64,000 nt of DNA from Escherichia coli (GCF_050920415.1 NZ_CP169309.1); one strand, 5' to 3'; counted from the stretch's first letter, positions 41,180 to 49,474 are shown. The notes: generated from the letters alone by a model not told the origin. Made by a program: numbers and translations.

Positions 41180-42169
41180 TCAGGCCAGAACGCCAATTGC
41201 CAGCGCACGATCGATAAAACGAAATATCAGCTCCAGCTGGGAGCCATACTTCTCTTCAAATGCCACGGTATCCGCATGCAGCTCGTCGTGATGCTTTCTG
41301 CACAAAGGCAACACAAAAAGGTCATGCGCTTTTGTTCCCATTCCACCCTGACCGTGACCTATCAGGTGGTGGGGATCATCAGCAGGCTTTCCACAACATG
41401 CACACGGCTGTGTCTTAACCCAGCGCGTGTACTTTTCATTAACCCAGCGGCGACGTTTGGGGCGTAACATAAAAGACTCCGGCGACTCCGGATCCACTTT
41501 CAGCGCCAGCACCTTTTTCGCTTTATCCTGGATGATGCTGGTGGCAGGAACCGAAGGCACAAGGTCACACTCCCGGGTGACAGACGGCACAACAGGCGTC
41601 GGTAATCTCAGTGCCTTACGGGCTGCACTTTCCGGTAAGGCATCCGCCAGGTCATTACGAGCCAGCCACCAGCACAGTTCCGGCATTGTCACAACGTGAC
41701 TATCATCAAAACCGAGATCCCGACGCACGACAGATAACACCCACCGGGCACAGTTATCCGTTGCCATTGATTCCAGCCGTTCCGTGAACTGATCGCGCAG
41801 CTGGTTATCGCAGTGCCAGCACAGACGGATTGCGCCCGGAGCGTGTCGCATTGTGGTCATATTCTCGCTGTGCCAGTCGGAATGAGGCCACTGGCAGCCT
41901 TTTTCACGAAGTAACCAGCTTTCAAGACATTCCACGCCACCAGCACGACGGATTACCGCCTCATTGCGGAACATAGCCCGAACGGCAGGATCATCCGCCA
42001 GCGGTTGTGATGCCGCCGGAACGGCACCACTGGCAAAAGATGAATAACGTTCCGGCTCAGGCTCCAGCAGGACACGCCCCTGCATAAACAGGGGCATCAG
42101 CTCTGAACCGGGTCTGAACAATACGATCCCCATACGTGGGGCAATTTCAGGGGTCAGTAGTGCTCTCAA
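41180..42169 (-). CDS. DUF968-family protein (YdfU-like) with C-terminal HNH-like motif
   Basis: 329 aa. C-terminus: ...[52 protein letters not shown] start at 42169; an ATG alternative lies at 42133. Confidence 0.7.
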   Translation of the reverse strand: MRALLTPEIAPRMGIVLFRPGSELMPLFMQGRVLLEPEPERYSSFASGAVPAASQPLADDPAVRAMFRNEAVIRRAGGVECLESWLLREKGCQWPHSDWHSENMTTMRHAPGAIRLCWHCDNQLRDQFTERLESMATDNCARWVLSVVRRDLGFDDSHVVTMPELCWWLARNDLADALPESAARKALRLPTPVVPSVTRECDLVPSVPATSIIQDKAKKVLALKVDPESPESFMLRPKRRRWVNEKYTRWVKTQPCACCGKPADDPHHLIGHGQGGMGTKAHDLFVLPLCRKHHDELHADTVAFEEKYGSQLELIFRFIDRALAIGVLA

Positions 42170-42178
42170 CGTAGAACC

Positions 42179-42694
42179 TCACAGCACAATCTGTTTCAGT
42201 TTCTGTACCGCTTTCCCCATATCCGCCATAGCATCAACAAACTCATCAAATTTACGACTTGCCATTCCATACGCCTGGAGGATTTCCAGTTTCAGAGGAT
42301 CCAGTTGCTTTTTAATTTCCGCACGATCATTAAATTTCTTCTCTGCTTCTTCCGCAGCCCTGATCAGCTCCTCAGCATGCCTGCGTAATTCATCCGGAGT
42401 AACGGTCTTTTTAATCACAACGGGTTCCTCTGTTTTTACTGGTATTTCACTATTTACTGCCTGATGTCCAAATTTAGGATGATGTAACGTTGTAGTTCTT
42501 CCATCATTCGCAACGACCAGAAGTCCACTGTCGCGGATAATGCCAATGAGTATCTCCTTATCCCTTTTATTCAGCAGACTGTACGCCTGCACTTTCTGTG
42601 ATATCTGGGTCAGTGTTGCGCCTTCCGGCATTCGTTCAACAAAACGTTTAACCCTGGATAAAACTGGCTGCAGATGGGGTGGTGTAATTCGCAT
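42179..42694 (-). CDS. hypothetical protein
   Basis: 171 aa from ATG 42694. The C-terminal half is coiled-coil. No family recognised. Confidence 0.6.
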   Translation of the reverse strand: MRITPPHLQPVLSRVKRFVERMPEGATLTQISQKVQAYSLLNKRDKEILIGIIRDSGLLVVANDGRTTTLHHPKFGHQAVNSEIPVKTEEPVVIKKTVTPDELRRHAEELIRAAEEAEKKFNDRAEIKKQLDPLKLEILQAYGMASRKFDEFVDAMADMGKAVQKLKQIVL

Positions 42695-42709
42695 GCTCCA
42701 CGCCTCCCA

Positions 42710-43525
42710 TCAGTGAACGGTATCGAGCAGCTTTAACAGCTCAGGGAATCGGGATTCGAAGAAATGCGGCTGCGTCTCGCGCGGATTTGCAGGACTGGTG
42801 ATGTTCTTGCCGAACATGCAGCCTTTCGCCGTCAGCGACCAGAATTTTTTGATGTTGTTAATCGCGGTACGGCTGTATCGTTCGCGTTGTTCAACGATCC
42901 CCAGCTTCGCCATCTGGTGATATGCCTGATTAGCCGTCAGGCGGATACCATACTGCTTCAGCAGTGCACTCAGCGACAGCGTAGGGCGGCTTGAACCATC
43001 TGGCGCATCAGCAGGTGCATCAATGGCATAGATCGGCATAAGTTCAGGAAGACCTGCTACCTTTGATAATTTCTGGTATGCACCAAGTTTCGAGGAGTTT
43101 GACAGATTTAGAGTCTTTGCTGCTGATTCAAGCAGAATGACCCCGGATTTAATTTTGTCGGATGTGGTTTCTTCTGGTGATGAATTATGAAGCGCATCAA
43201 AAGTACGTATCACTTTTAAGCTGAATGCCGGGCTGATCCACATTGCATATGCATAGACCAGCTCTTTACAGACATACGTCCCACCATTGCGCCCCTGAAT
43301 GGTGATGACAGGAATACTACGGGAATCTCCCGTAGTTTCTTCTTCCAGTAATTCCACAAGAGCCTTCGTTTCAGGACGACGCATAAACTCGTGAACTTCC
43401 AGCGAACGGGAGGAGCGATTCTCACCAGCGGCAAGAAGAGCAGCTTTCTGAAGGTCGTTAAGACAGTAGTTAGATTCAAAGTACTGGCGCACAGAAACGC
43501 CATCAATTACAAGCAACTGATTCAT
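42710..43525 (-). CDS. KilA-N domain / antirepressor-type protein
   Basis: 271 aa from ATG 43525 (RBS ggagaa): MNQLLVIDGVSVRQYFESNYCLNDLQKAA...GGTYVCKELVYAYAMWISPAFSLKVIRTFD (KilA-N), with an ANT-like C-terminal half. Confidence 0.7.
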   Translation of the reverse strand: MNQLLVIDGVSVRQYFESNYCLNDLQKAALLAAGENRSSRSLEVHEFMRRPETKALVELLEEETTGDSRSIPVITIQGRNGGTYVCKELVYAYAMWISPAFSLKVIRTFDALHNSSPEETTSDKIKSGVILLESAAKTLNLSNSSKLGAYQKLSKVAGLPELMPIYAIDAPADAPDGSSRPTLSLSALLKQYGIRLTANQAYHQMAKLGIVEQRERYSRTAINNIKKFWSLTAKGCMFGKNITSPANPRETQPHFFESRFPELLKLLDTVH

Positions 43526-43613
43526 TGGTTTCTCCACAAATTTCGGGACTGCACTCCCTTTTCGTTGATGCAAGATGAACTTACTGCGATTTTTAATAGT
43601 TATCAAGGATACA

Positions 43614-43629
43614 CTGTTCATAAATACAG
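43614..43629. promoter_or_regulatory. LexA (SOS) box in the rusA / KilA-N spacer
   Basis: aCTGTtcataaatACAGta fits the CTG-N10-CAG consensus with TA-rich centre. It lies 89 nt upstream of the antirepressor ATG, in the only large gap of the early-right operon. Confidence 0.6.
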
Positions 43630-43676
43630 TACCTTTAACGAGGTAATACCCAAATTTAGGGTGTTGCTCAATTCCG

Positions 43677-44072
43677 TTACCGAGTTGCTAATTTGCAACT
43701 CGCTTTTTCGTACTTACTGATAGTGATCTCGACCTTACCTTCCGGGATAACCGGTCCCCACTCCACCAGCATTCTTTTCACCTGACTGTCGTCTTCCCAC
43801 ACCCCCGCGTGGGTCAGGGCGTCAAACAGCGCCTTGTTATAGTTGTCCAGATCGCGGATCCGGTTATCCGGAGGAAACAACACGATCTCCACTGAAGCAG
43901 GTGCCGACGTTGGTTTCGGCAGACGACGTAACTGCTCAACTATTGCTGCGCACGCCGCGCTCTGGAATTTTCGCCCCGCCGCGCTTATCAGGCTCTTACC
44001 AGCAAACGCCCCTTTGTTGGGGTGTCGCCAGTACGTGTTCACGCTGGGCGGGAAAGGCAGTATTAGCTTCAT
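43677..44072 (-). CDS. rusA: Holliday junction resolvase RusA
   Basis: 131 aa: LPFPPSVNTYWRH...RIRDLDNYNKALFDALTHAGVWEDDSQV (RusA catalytic Asp motifs). Confidence 0.85.
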   Translation of the reverse strand: MKLILPFPPSVNTYWRHPNKGAFAGKSLISAAGRKFQSAACAAIVEQLRRLPKPTSAPASVEIVLFPPDNRIRDLDNYNKALFDALTHAGVWEDDSQVKRMLVEWGPVIPEGKVEITISKYEKASCKLATR

Positions 44073-44395
44073 ACTTTCAGGCCCCTCTCATGTAACCAGT
44101 GGGTTGCACGCAGCCTGGCGTTTTCCTCACCGGCAAGCAGTGAGCGGATAATCCCGACCGCCTCGCTGTCGTCGTCCTTCATCGCAGTATGAAGCGTTAT
44201 CCCCCGGGCCACGCCACGCTTTATCGTGATGACGCCTTTTTTCTCCAGTGCGCGAAGATGCTCCACCGCTGCATTCACTGAACGGTATCCCAGCATGGTT
44301 GCCACCTCCTGATTGGTTGGCGGGAAGCCACGTTCTTTCTGATAAGAAATCAGCATATCCAGCACCTGCTGCTGGCATTGAGTTAACGTCGTCAT
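44069..44395 (-). CDS. LexA N-terminal DNA-binding-domain paralogue lacking the S24 peptidase domain
   Basis: 108 aa. Residues 1-66 align with E. coli LexA 1-66 at 35 identical positions by my hand alignment, including the recognition helix (SVNAAVEHLRAL vs SPNAAEEHLKAL). There is no Ala-Gly site and no Ser/Lys dyad. Confidence 0.75.
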   Translation of the reverse strand: MTTLTQCQQQVLDMLISYQKERGFPPTNQEVATMLGYRSVNAAVEHLRALEKKGVITIKRGVARGITLHTAMKDDDSEAVGIIRSLLAGEENARLRATHWLHERGLKV

Positions 44396-45044
44396 GCCGC
44401 CATCTCCCTGACCAGTTTTTCCGCCTGCTGGCGAACCTGCGCCAGAAACGCCTCACCACATGCCTCAAGTTCATCGCGCCCGATGTAGCTGATTGCCGGT
44501 CCCTTCCAGGTCTGTCGAAAACAGCAATAGCACCAGCGAAGAAAGCGCCTGTCGGCACCTGCTTCTCATCTTTCGGGATAAACCAGGCAGGCAGTTCAAA
44601 ACCAATACGCCCGCGAATAAAAGCAATATGATCTGCATCTTCCGGCCACCACACTTCGCTGGTGGCAGCTTTGATCAGGAAAACATAGCGCCCGCCTTTA
44701 TCACGCATGGCACTGGCATGTTTCATGATGTAACGCATGCCGGTGATGTATTGCCCCTCATGCTGACTGGCGCGGCTGTATGGGGGATTACCAAAGGCAG
44801 CACCTTTAAGCTCCGCAAGACGTTCTGACCAGTCATGCGCCAGCGCGTTGTCTTCCGCCGTGTAATACGCGGTACATTTGGCGTTATCACCGTCAGTAAA
44901 CAGATCCAGGACAAACGGGCCAAACAGGGTGTTAATTCCCCAGAAAATGTTACCCGGCGTGCGCCACTGATCGCCCACTTCCTTCAGTTCATGGGCTGGT
45001 TTGTTCCGCAGTTCCACCAGCGCCCGGCAATATTTATTACTCAT
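44392..45044 (-). pseudogene. phage Dam-type N6-adenine methyltransferase (YfdM-like), apparent 1-nt frameshift near 44513
   Basis: From ATG 45044: MSNKYCRALVELRNKPAHELKEVGDQWRTPGNIFWG...FGNPPYS...GAIAVFD. The sensible continuation QTWKGPAISYIGRDELEACGEAFLAQVRQQAEKLVREMAA* is in another frame and ends in an ATGA overlap with the next gene. The in-frame read-through to 44127 is junk that overlaps two genes. Confidence 0.65.
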
Positions 45045-45532
45045 TAAGCCCCCACGTAATTCCCTGACAGATACCACTCTTCACCCGATGCAGCGCGCTT
45101 GCTACTTTTCCGTAAGCACCGCTCACGACGCGCCAGAAAATTGTTTCGTTCTGGCAGGGAGTGGCTTTCACGGAATGCCGCCATCCACACGGTTGCAGCA
45201 CGACGAAATAAGCCCCTGGACTCCAGTTCTTCCGCCTGGCGGGTCAGGCACAAAATCACCCGTGGATCGTTAGTGCCGACATAGAAATTGCGCACAGGTC
45301 TGGTTTCACGAACTGGTTGTGGTTCCGGCTCCTGCGCTCTCTCAGTCAGGCGTGGGAAATGTCTGCGTGTATCTCCTTCACAACGGTGAGCCACACGCCC
45401 ACTCTGACGTAACTTGCTTGCTGACTGCAGAACGCGCTGTCGTGAGTAACCAGCAAAAGCATCCGCAATGTCTCCGGAAGTACACCCCGGATGGGCTTCA
45501 ATGAATTTCTGAACTTCATTCAAAAGACTCAT
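45044..45532 (-). CDS. YfdN-like protein with PerC/ANR-like C-terminal motif
   Basis: 162 aa. QAEELESRGLFRRAATVWMAAF resembles the PerC/ANR regulator signature. It occupies the position after the O-like gene, as in CPS-53 (from memory). Confidence 0.5.
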   Translation of the reverse strand: MSLLNEVQKFIEAHPGCTSGDIADAFAGYSRQRVLQSASKLRQSGRVAHRCEGDTRRHFPRLTERAQEPEPQPVRETRPVRNFYVGTNDPRVILCLTRQAEELESRGLFRRAATVWMAAFRESHSLPERNNFLARRERCLRKSSKRAASGEEWYLSGNYVGA

Positions 45533-46353
45533 AATCCCCCCCTGAATCCTGCCGGGATCTGGCTGTAGTCCACGTTGTCGTAACTGGCTTTGAAGTACGG
45601 GTCCTCGCGTCTGGCTGCAGATACCGCAGGAACTTCCCAGGATTCTTCGAAATGACGATCCGGACCAAAGAACGTGACAGCCTGTTTCACAAATTGTGTG
45701 CCGCTGTTACCCATCGCAGATACCCAGCCCGCGTAGCGTTTCACACCTTCCAGCATGGTTTCGGGGTTTACTCCCTCATTCAAACGGGCTTTCCAGGCTT
45801 TGAAGGCTGCAGATTTTGAATTGCCACCAGCACGTTTGGGATATGCCAGCCATGCCTGCTCAAACTCCGGAGAGTATTCCGGTCGGTTTGAACGAACTCG
45901 CACGGACTCATCAACTGATGCACCAACAGCTATTGGTTCATTGACTGGTTCTTTGACTGGTTCAAAAGAGTGACTGGTTCTGGGTGAATCTCCTGCACTA
46001 CCCCCTGGTGCAACTCCTGCACTACCTGGTGAATTTGCTGCACCAGATAGTGAATTATTTGCACTACCCCCTAGTGAATCTCCTGCACCATCCAGATGAA
46101 GGAGATAGATATTACTTGAGTTACCTTTTTCACCTTTCCGGGTGACTTTTTTTACCAGCCCGGACTCACAAAGGGCCGCAATATGATTCATCACAGAACG
46201 TTTGCTAATCTCGCACTGGTCAGCAATATGCTGGTAGCTGGGCCAGCACTCACCCTGATCGCTGGCATTATCAGCCAGCTTGATCAGAACCAGTTTTCGC
46301 AATGGATTACCCACTCGAATTTTCATCGCTTTAACCATCAGCTCCATACTCAT
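45529..46353 (-). CDS. replication initiator (O-like, N-terminal wHTH) containing the origin iterons
   Basis: 274 aa with an N-terminal helix-turn-helix (WPSYQHIADQCEISKRSVMNHIAALCESGLV). A low-complexity G/S/A/N linker is encoded by the iteron DNA. Confidence 0.75.
   Translation of the reverse strand: MSMELMVKAMKIRVGNPLRKLVLIKLADNASDQGECWPSYQHIADQCEISKRSVMNHIAALCESGLVKKVTRKGEKGNSSNIYLLHLDGAGDSLGGSANNSLSGAANSPGSAGVAPGGSAGDSPRTSHSFEPVKEPVNEPIAVGASVDESVRVRSNRPEYSPEFEQAWLAYPKRAGGNSKSAAFKAWKARLNEGVNPETMLEGVKRYAGWVSAMGNSGTQFVKQAVTFFGPDRHFEESWEVPAVSAARREDPYFKASYDNVDYSQIPAGFRGGL
45942..46088. repeat. origin-type iterons inside the initiator gene
   Basis: Three copies of tgactggttc (45942, 45954, 45971). 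Five copies of gtgaaNNtNctgcac-like 15-mers (45984, 46008, 46029, 46050, 46074), spaced 21-24 bp. Confidence 0.7.
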
Positions 46354-46574
46354 GCTGCACCTCCGAGATGCTTCATGTTTTTTCCGGAGCGAAAGGCTAT
46401 AAGCGGCATACTGACGCGGTAATTACGGCCCAGCGGTTCACAAATCACCTTCTGACATTCACGGTCAACCAGGCTAACACGTAGAACATGCCCTGCAGGC
46501 GTGGTGTACCACTGACCCGGTCGAGGACAACGGAAAGTCTGATTGGTAAACCGTTTGAAAATATTCCGGATCAT
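46350..46574 (-). CDS. hypothetical protein
   Basis: 74 aa, with start and stop overlapping the neighbouring genes. No family recognised. Confidence 0.5.
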   Translation of the reverse strand: MIRNIFKRFTNQTFRCPRPGQWYTTPAGHVLRVSLVDRECQKVICEPLGRNYRVSMPLIAFRSGKNMKHLGGAA

Positions 46575-47722
46575 TTGCGCCCCCTTACCTCGGAAGAGTT
46601 CAGCGACGAATGAATAAGACGGGCAAGAAATGCCGCATCGTTAATTCGGTCATACAGACTTACAGCCAGCGGTGATTCAGCTTTTTCCAGCATGGGATAA
46701 AGCTGCTGCAACCAGACCTGATGAATTGATGAAATGTAGGAATAGAGTACGCTGGCGTTATGTGCAACGTCGCTCGGTACAGCGGGCTTTGAAAGCTGTT
46801 TCTCCATCTGGTTAAAGGCATTGATGTATGCCTCTTTGAACTGGGCAGCACGTTTACCCGTGAAACCCATAGCAAGAAACGCAAAACCGTCGCGGGTTAT
46901 TTGATAGCAAGGTAGTTTGCGGCCTGTGCAATCGGTGTAATCACTCACCGAAAAATTGCGGGCAGTGAATGATGCGGAGCATTCAAGCGTGCGGATCTTT
47001 TTCAGTACATCGTCATGACGTTTGGAGAAGAAGTTGGCAACAGCCAGGGATGAAGTAACAGCCTGACCATCAACGATGGCAATTTCAGGTTGAGTGAGGG
47101 TTGGGATCGTAGCCATGATGGCAGCCTCTTTGGTGATTTTTAATAACTCACCACCAAGGCTTTCCACGACCTTATTGGTGGTGAGACGTACAGGGGTGGA
47201 AATACCGGTCACCAAAGAACCCGGCCCAACCGAAGTTGGCCCTGCACGCCCCACCATAATTTGGGCGTAATGCTGCTCATGACACAAAAAAACCGCAAGA
47301 GCGCGGTTGTGCGCTTTGGTGAATTCCGGGTTTCCACGCCCGGCACCCGCTTTATAAGGTGCCTGAACAGTGTAACGTCCCGGAATGGCAGAATCAATGT
47401 GCTGGTGGTCCTTCACACTCAACAAAATCACGCCTGAATTTCCACAAAGGGCTAAAGCACTCATGCGGGTAGTCTTTGCGAAGATAGATAACGCGCTGTG
47501 TTTCTGGCTCCCAACGAATAACATGAACATAAAGTCCTCTTCCGTCACGAAACCAGCGGTTAAGTTCCTGCACAACTCGCCCCCCACAGTCAGGTAAAGT
47601 TCTCTGTGGTTACTTACAGCCAGGAGATTTGGTAATCTGCATTCATGCCGTAACAACAGGTGTTCAGCGACGCTGACCACCAGCTGTTGCGACAAATGGT
47701 TATTTGCCGTTAAACTGTTCAT
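46571..47722 (-). CDS. Rha-family phage regulatory protein with an unrecognised 193-aa N-terminal extension
   Basis: The C-terminal half from MATIPTLTQPEIAIVDGQAVTSSLAVANFFSKRHDDVLKKIRTLE... (internal ATG 47143, RBS agagg) is a typical Rha N-terminus. The same frame is open upstream to ATG 47722, which overlaps the previous stop. Confidence 0.6.
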   Translation of the reverse strand: MNSLTANNHLSQQLVVSVAEHLLLRHECRLPNLLAVSNHRELYLTVGGELCRNLTAGFVTEEDFMFMLFVGSQKHSALSIFAKTTRMSALALCGNSGVILLSVKDHQHIDSAIPGRYTVQAPYKAGAGRGNPEFTKAHNRALAVFLCHEQHYAQIMVGRAGPTSVGPGSLVTGISTPVRLTTNKVVESLGGELLKITKEAAIMATIPTLTQPEIAIVDGQAVTSSLAVANFFSKRHDDVLKKIRTLECSASFTARNFSVSDYTDCTGRKLPCYQITRDGFAFLAMGFTGKRAAQFKEAYINAFNQMEKQLSKPAVPSDVAHNASVLYSYISSIHQVWLQQLYPMLEKAESPLAVSLYDRINDAAFLARLIHSSLNSSEVRGRK

Positions 47723-48282
47723 GCGTTAGTTTCTCCACAGACACAAAACGCCACGACGCCCGGAGCTGCACACTCGCGGGCGTCACTCTTTTCTGGAGCG
47801 CAAAAGATTTTGTAGACCAGTGCTGCATGCTCCTGGAGCTTCGAAATTGACAGATACAACTCATCATTAATTGCTGTCTGCTCGTGTGGCTCCACTACCC
47901 CATCTTCGATTGCCGAACGAATCTGCTTTGAGTAACTCCCGATCTGTTCGATGACTTCCAGCAGGCGCTGGTTTATATCGGCGTTCTCTACTTCCTCAAT
48001 TTCAGGAAGCGATACAAACACCCCACCAGCAGACTGTGCGACAGCATCCGCAATGTAGTGAGTGCCAGCCGCGCGCTGTAAAATCATTGCCCATCCCAGC
48101 GGGAAAATCTGATCGCCATCTGCACGAAGGCGGTTGAATAAAGCGTTCTCTGTTACATCCAGCCACTCAGCAGCTTCAGCGTAACCCCCCGGCAACGCCG
48201 CGATAGTTTTTCTGACAGCTTTCACGTACCACTCAGGCTGTTTTTCTACTTTCCAGTGATGCTTACCCACGGTTAGCCTCAT
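47719..48282 (-). CDS. YdaT-like protein (cII functional-analogue position)
   Basis: 187 aa, second gene of the early-right operon after cro (MRLTVGKHHWKVEKQPEWYVKAVRKTIAALPGGYAEAAEWLDVTENALFNRL...). Confidence 0.55.
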   Translation of the reverse strand: MRLTVGKHHWKVEKQPEWYVKAVRKTIAALPGGYAEAAEWLDVTENALFNRLRADGDQIFPLGWAMILQRAAGTHYIADAVAQSAGGVFVSLPEIEEVENADINQRLLEVIEQIGSYSKQIRSAIEDGVVEPHEQTAINDELYLSISKLQEHAALVYKIFCAPEKSDARECAAPGVVAFCVCGETNA

Positions 48283-48313
48283 CGTTCTGTGGTTAAAAAT
48301 TAAAGGTGTTCTG

Positions 48314-48514
48314 TTAATCTTTCGGATAGATATCCGGTCTTAAGTCAGATTTCGTAATTGCACCTGACGTGCATTGCTCAAGTTTTTTAGCCAGCACAAA
48401 ACTGGCTTTTTTATAACCATTGAAAACCAGCCGTAAGTAGCCTGGTGTTGAGCCAACTTTTCCGGCCAACTCGCCCTGCTGTTCTTTGGTTAAAGAGTCC
48501 CAATACGCTTTCAT
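48314..48514 (-). CDS. cro: Cro-like repressor (YdaS/HTH)
   Basis: 66 aa from ATG 48514: MKAYWDSLTKEQQGELAGKVGSTPGYLRLVFNGYKKASFVLAKKLEQCTSGAITKSDL... It is divergent from cI. The longer ORF-track call overlaps cI. Confidence 0.75.
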   Translation of the reverse strand: MKAYWDSLTKEQQGELAGKVGSTPGYLRLVFNGYKKASFVLAKKLEQCTSGAITKSDLRPDIYPKD

Positions 48515-48519
48515 ACAAT

Positions 48520-48598
48520 ATGTACCTCTTATATACATATTACATGATTGAAATGAACCTTCAAGATACTTGTACCCTATCGGTACAAAGGTTTTAAT
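48520..48598. promoter_or_regulatory. OR region: operators plus divergent PR / PRM
   Basis: Operators are atgtacctcttatatacat (48520-48538) and ttgtaccctatcggtacaa (48570-48588). PR (minus strand): TTGAAG (48564-48559), 16 nt, TAATAT (48542-48537). PRM (plus strand): TTGTAC (48570-48575), 17 nt, TTTAAT (48593-48598), with the cI ATG at 48605. Confidence 0.55.
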
Positions 48599-48604
48599 TT
48601 CGTT

Positions 48605-49279
48605 ATGAAAACAGTCCATGACATCCGGCGGTCTAACGCCAGAAAACTGAGAGATGGTGTTGGCGGGAATTCTTCCTTTGCCACCATGATTGATCGCGAA
48701 CCAACCCAGACCAGCAGGTTTATGGGAGATGGTGCTACTAAAAATATCGGTGACAGCATGGCACGGCACATCGAAAAATGTTTCGACCTGCCTGTCGGAT
48801 GGCTTGATCAAGAACACCAGACAACGAACATCACAAAAAAACCTGATGTTTCAATCACTAATAAACAAATAACGTTAGTCCCTGTCATATCATGGGTACA
48901 GGCCGGAGCATGGAAAGAAGTTGGCTATTCTGAGGTTGATTTGAGCACAACAGAAACATATCCCTGCCCTGTACCCTGTGGCGAAATGACTTATATATTG
49001 AGGGTGATTGGTGATTCAATGATTGATGAGTACCGTCCGGGGGACATGATTTTTGTCGATCCAGAAGTACCAGCCTGCCACGGCGATGACGTTATTGCAT
49101 TGATGCACGATACAGGTGAAACCACCTTCAAAAGGTTGATAGAAGACGGGACACAGCGTTATCTCAAAGCATTAAACCCCAACTGGCCTGAGCCTTACAT
49201 TAAGATAAACGGTAATTGCTCTATCATTGGTACAGTTATTTTCTCAGGAAAACCAAGAAGATACAAAATTAAAGCCTGA
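48605..49279 (+). CDS. cI: CI-type repressor (HTH + S24 LexA-like autopeptidase)
   Basis: 224 aa with an N-terminal HTH. The C-terminal S24 domain has an AG site (WVQAGAW), a GDSM Ser and TFKRL Lys. Confidence 0.85.
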   Translation: MKTVHDIRRSNARKLRDGVGGNSSFATMIDREPTQTSRFMGDGATKNIGDSMARHIEKCFDLPVGWLDQEHQTTNITKKPDVSITNKQITLVPVISWVQAGAWKEVGYSEVDLSTTETYPCPVPCGEMTYILRVIGDSMIDEYRPGDMIFVDPEVPACHGDDVIALMHDTGETTFKRLIEDGTQRYLKALNPNWPEPYIKINGNCSIIGTVIFSGKPRRYKIKA

Positions 49280-49291
49280 TCAATGTCTATG

Positions 49292-49315
49292 AACCTGCTT
49301 CGGCAGGTTTTTTTA
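49292..49315 (+). terminator. intrinsic terminator after cI
   Basis: aacctgc/gcaggtt stem with a ttcg loop, then a T-run. Confidence 0.75.
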
Positions 49316-49318
49316 TAC

Positions 49319-49363
49319 TTGACAATGTACCATTAAGATACATAATGTACCTGCATAAGATAT
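49319..49363 (+). promoter_or_regulatory. PL with two operators
   Basis: TTGACA (49319-49324), 16 nt, CATAAT (49341-49346). Operators atgtaccattaagatacat (49325-49343) and atgtacctgcataagatat (49345-49363) share the ATGTACC half-site with OR. Confidence 0.6.
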
Positions 49364-49428
49364 CGAACAGGCAGGACGCCCACGAAGTAGCCGTCCGGGG
49401 CATACGAAGACCGGAATGGTTCGTAAAT

Positions 49429-49451
49429 AAAAAAGCGCCCAAGTGGACGCT
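49429..49451 (-). terminator. intrinsic terminator of the antisense moron
   Basis: On the minus strand: agcgtcc/gggcgct stem with an actt loop, then T6. Confidence 0.7.
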
Positions 49452-49474
49452 TCACTTTTGAACTGGATTTATAA

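Noticed and set aside
44127-44510. C-terminal ~125 residues of the 316-aa ORF 44127..45077 (…RPGRDRQSATSGAMNLRHVVRRFWRRF…).
   Set aside because: This is out-of-frame read-through after a frameshift in the methyltransferase gene. It overlaps the LexA-NTD-like gene and rusA and reads as junk.
48314-48817. 167-aa version of the cro ORF extending across OR into cI.
   Set aside because: The upstream 101 codons overlap the cI coding sequence and the operators on the opposite strand. The ATG at 48514 gives a typical 66-aa Cro/YdaS-like HTH protein.
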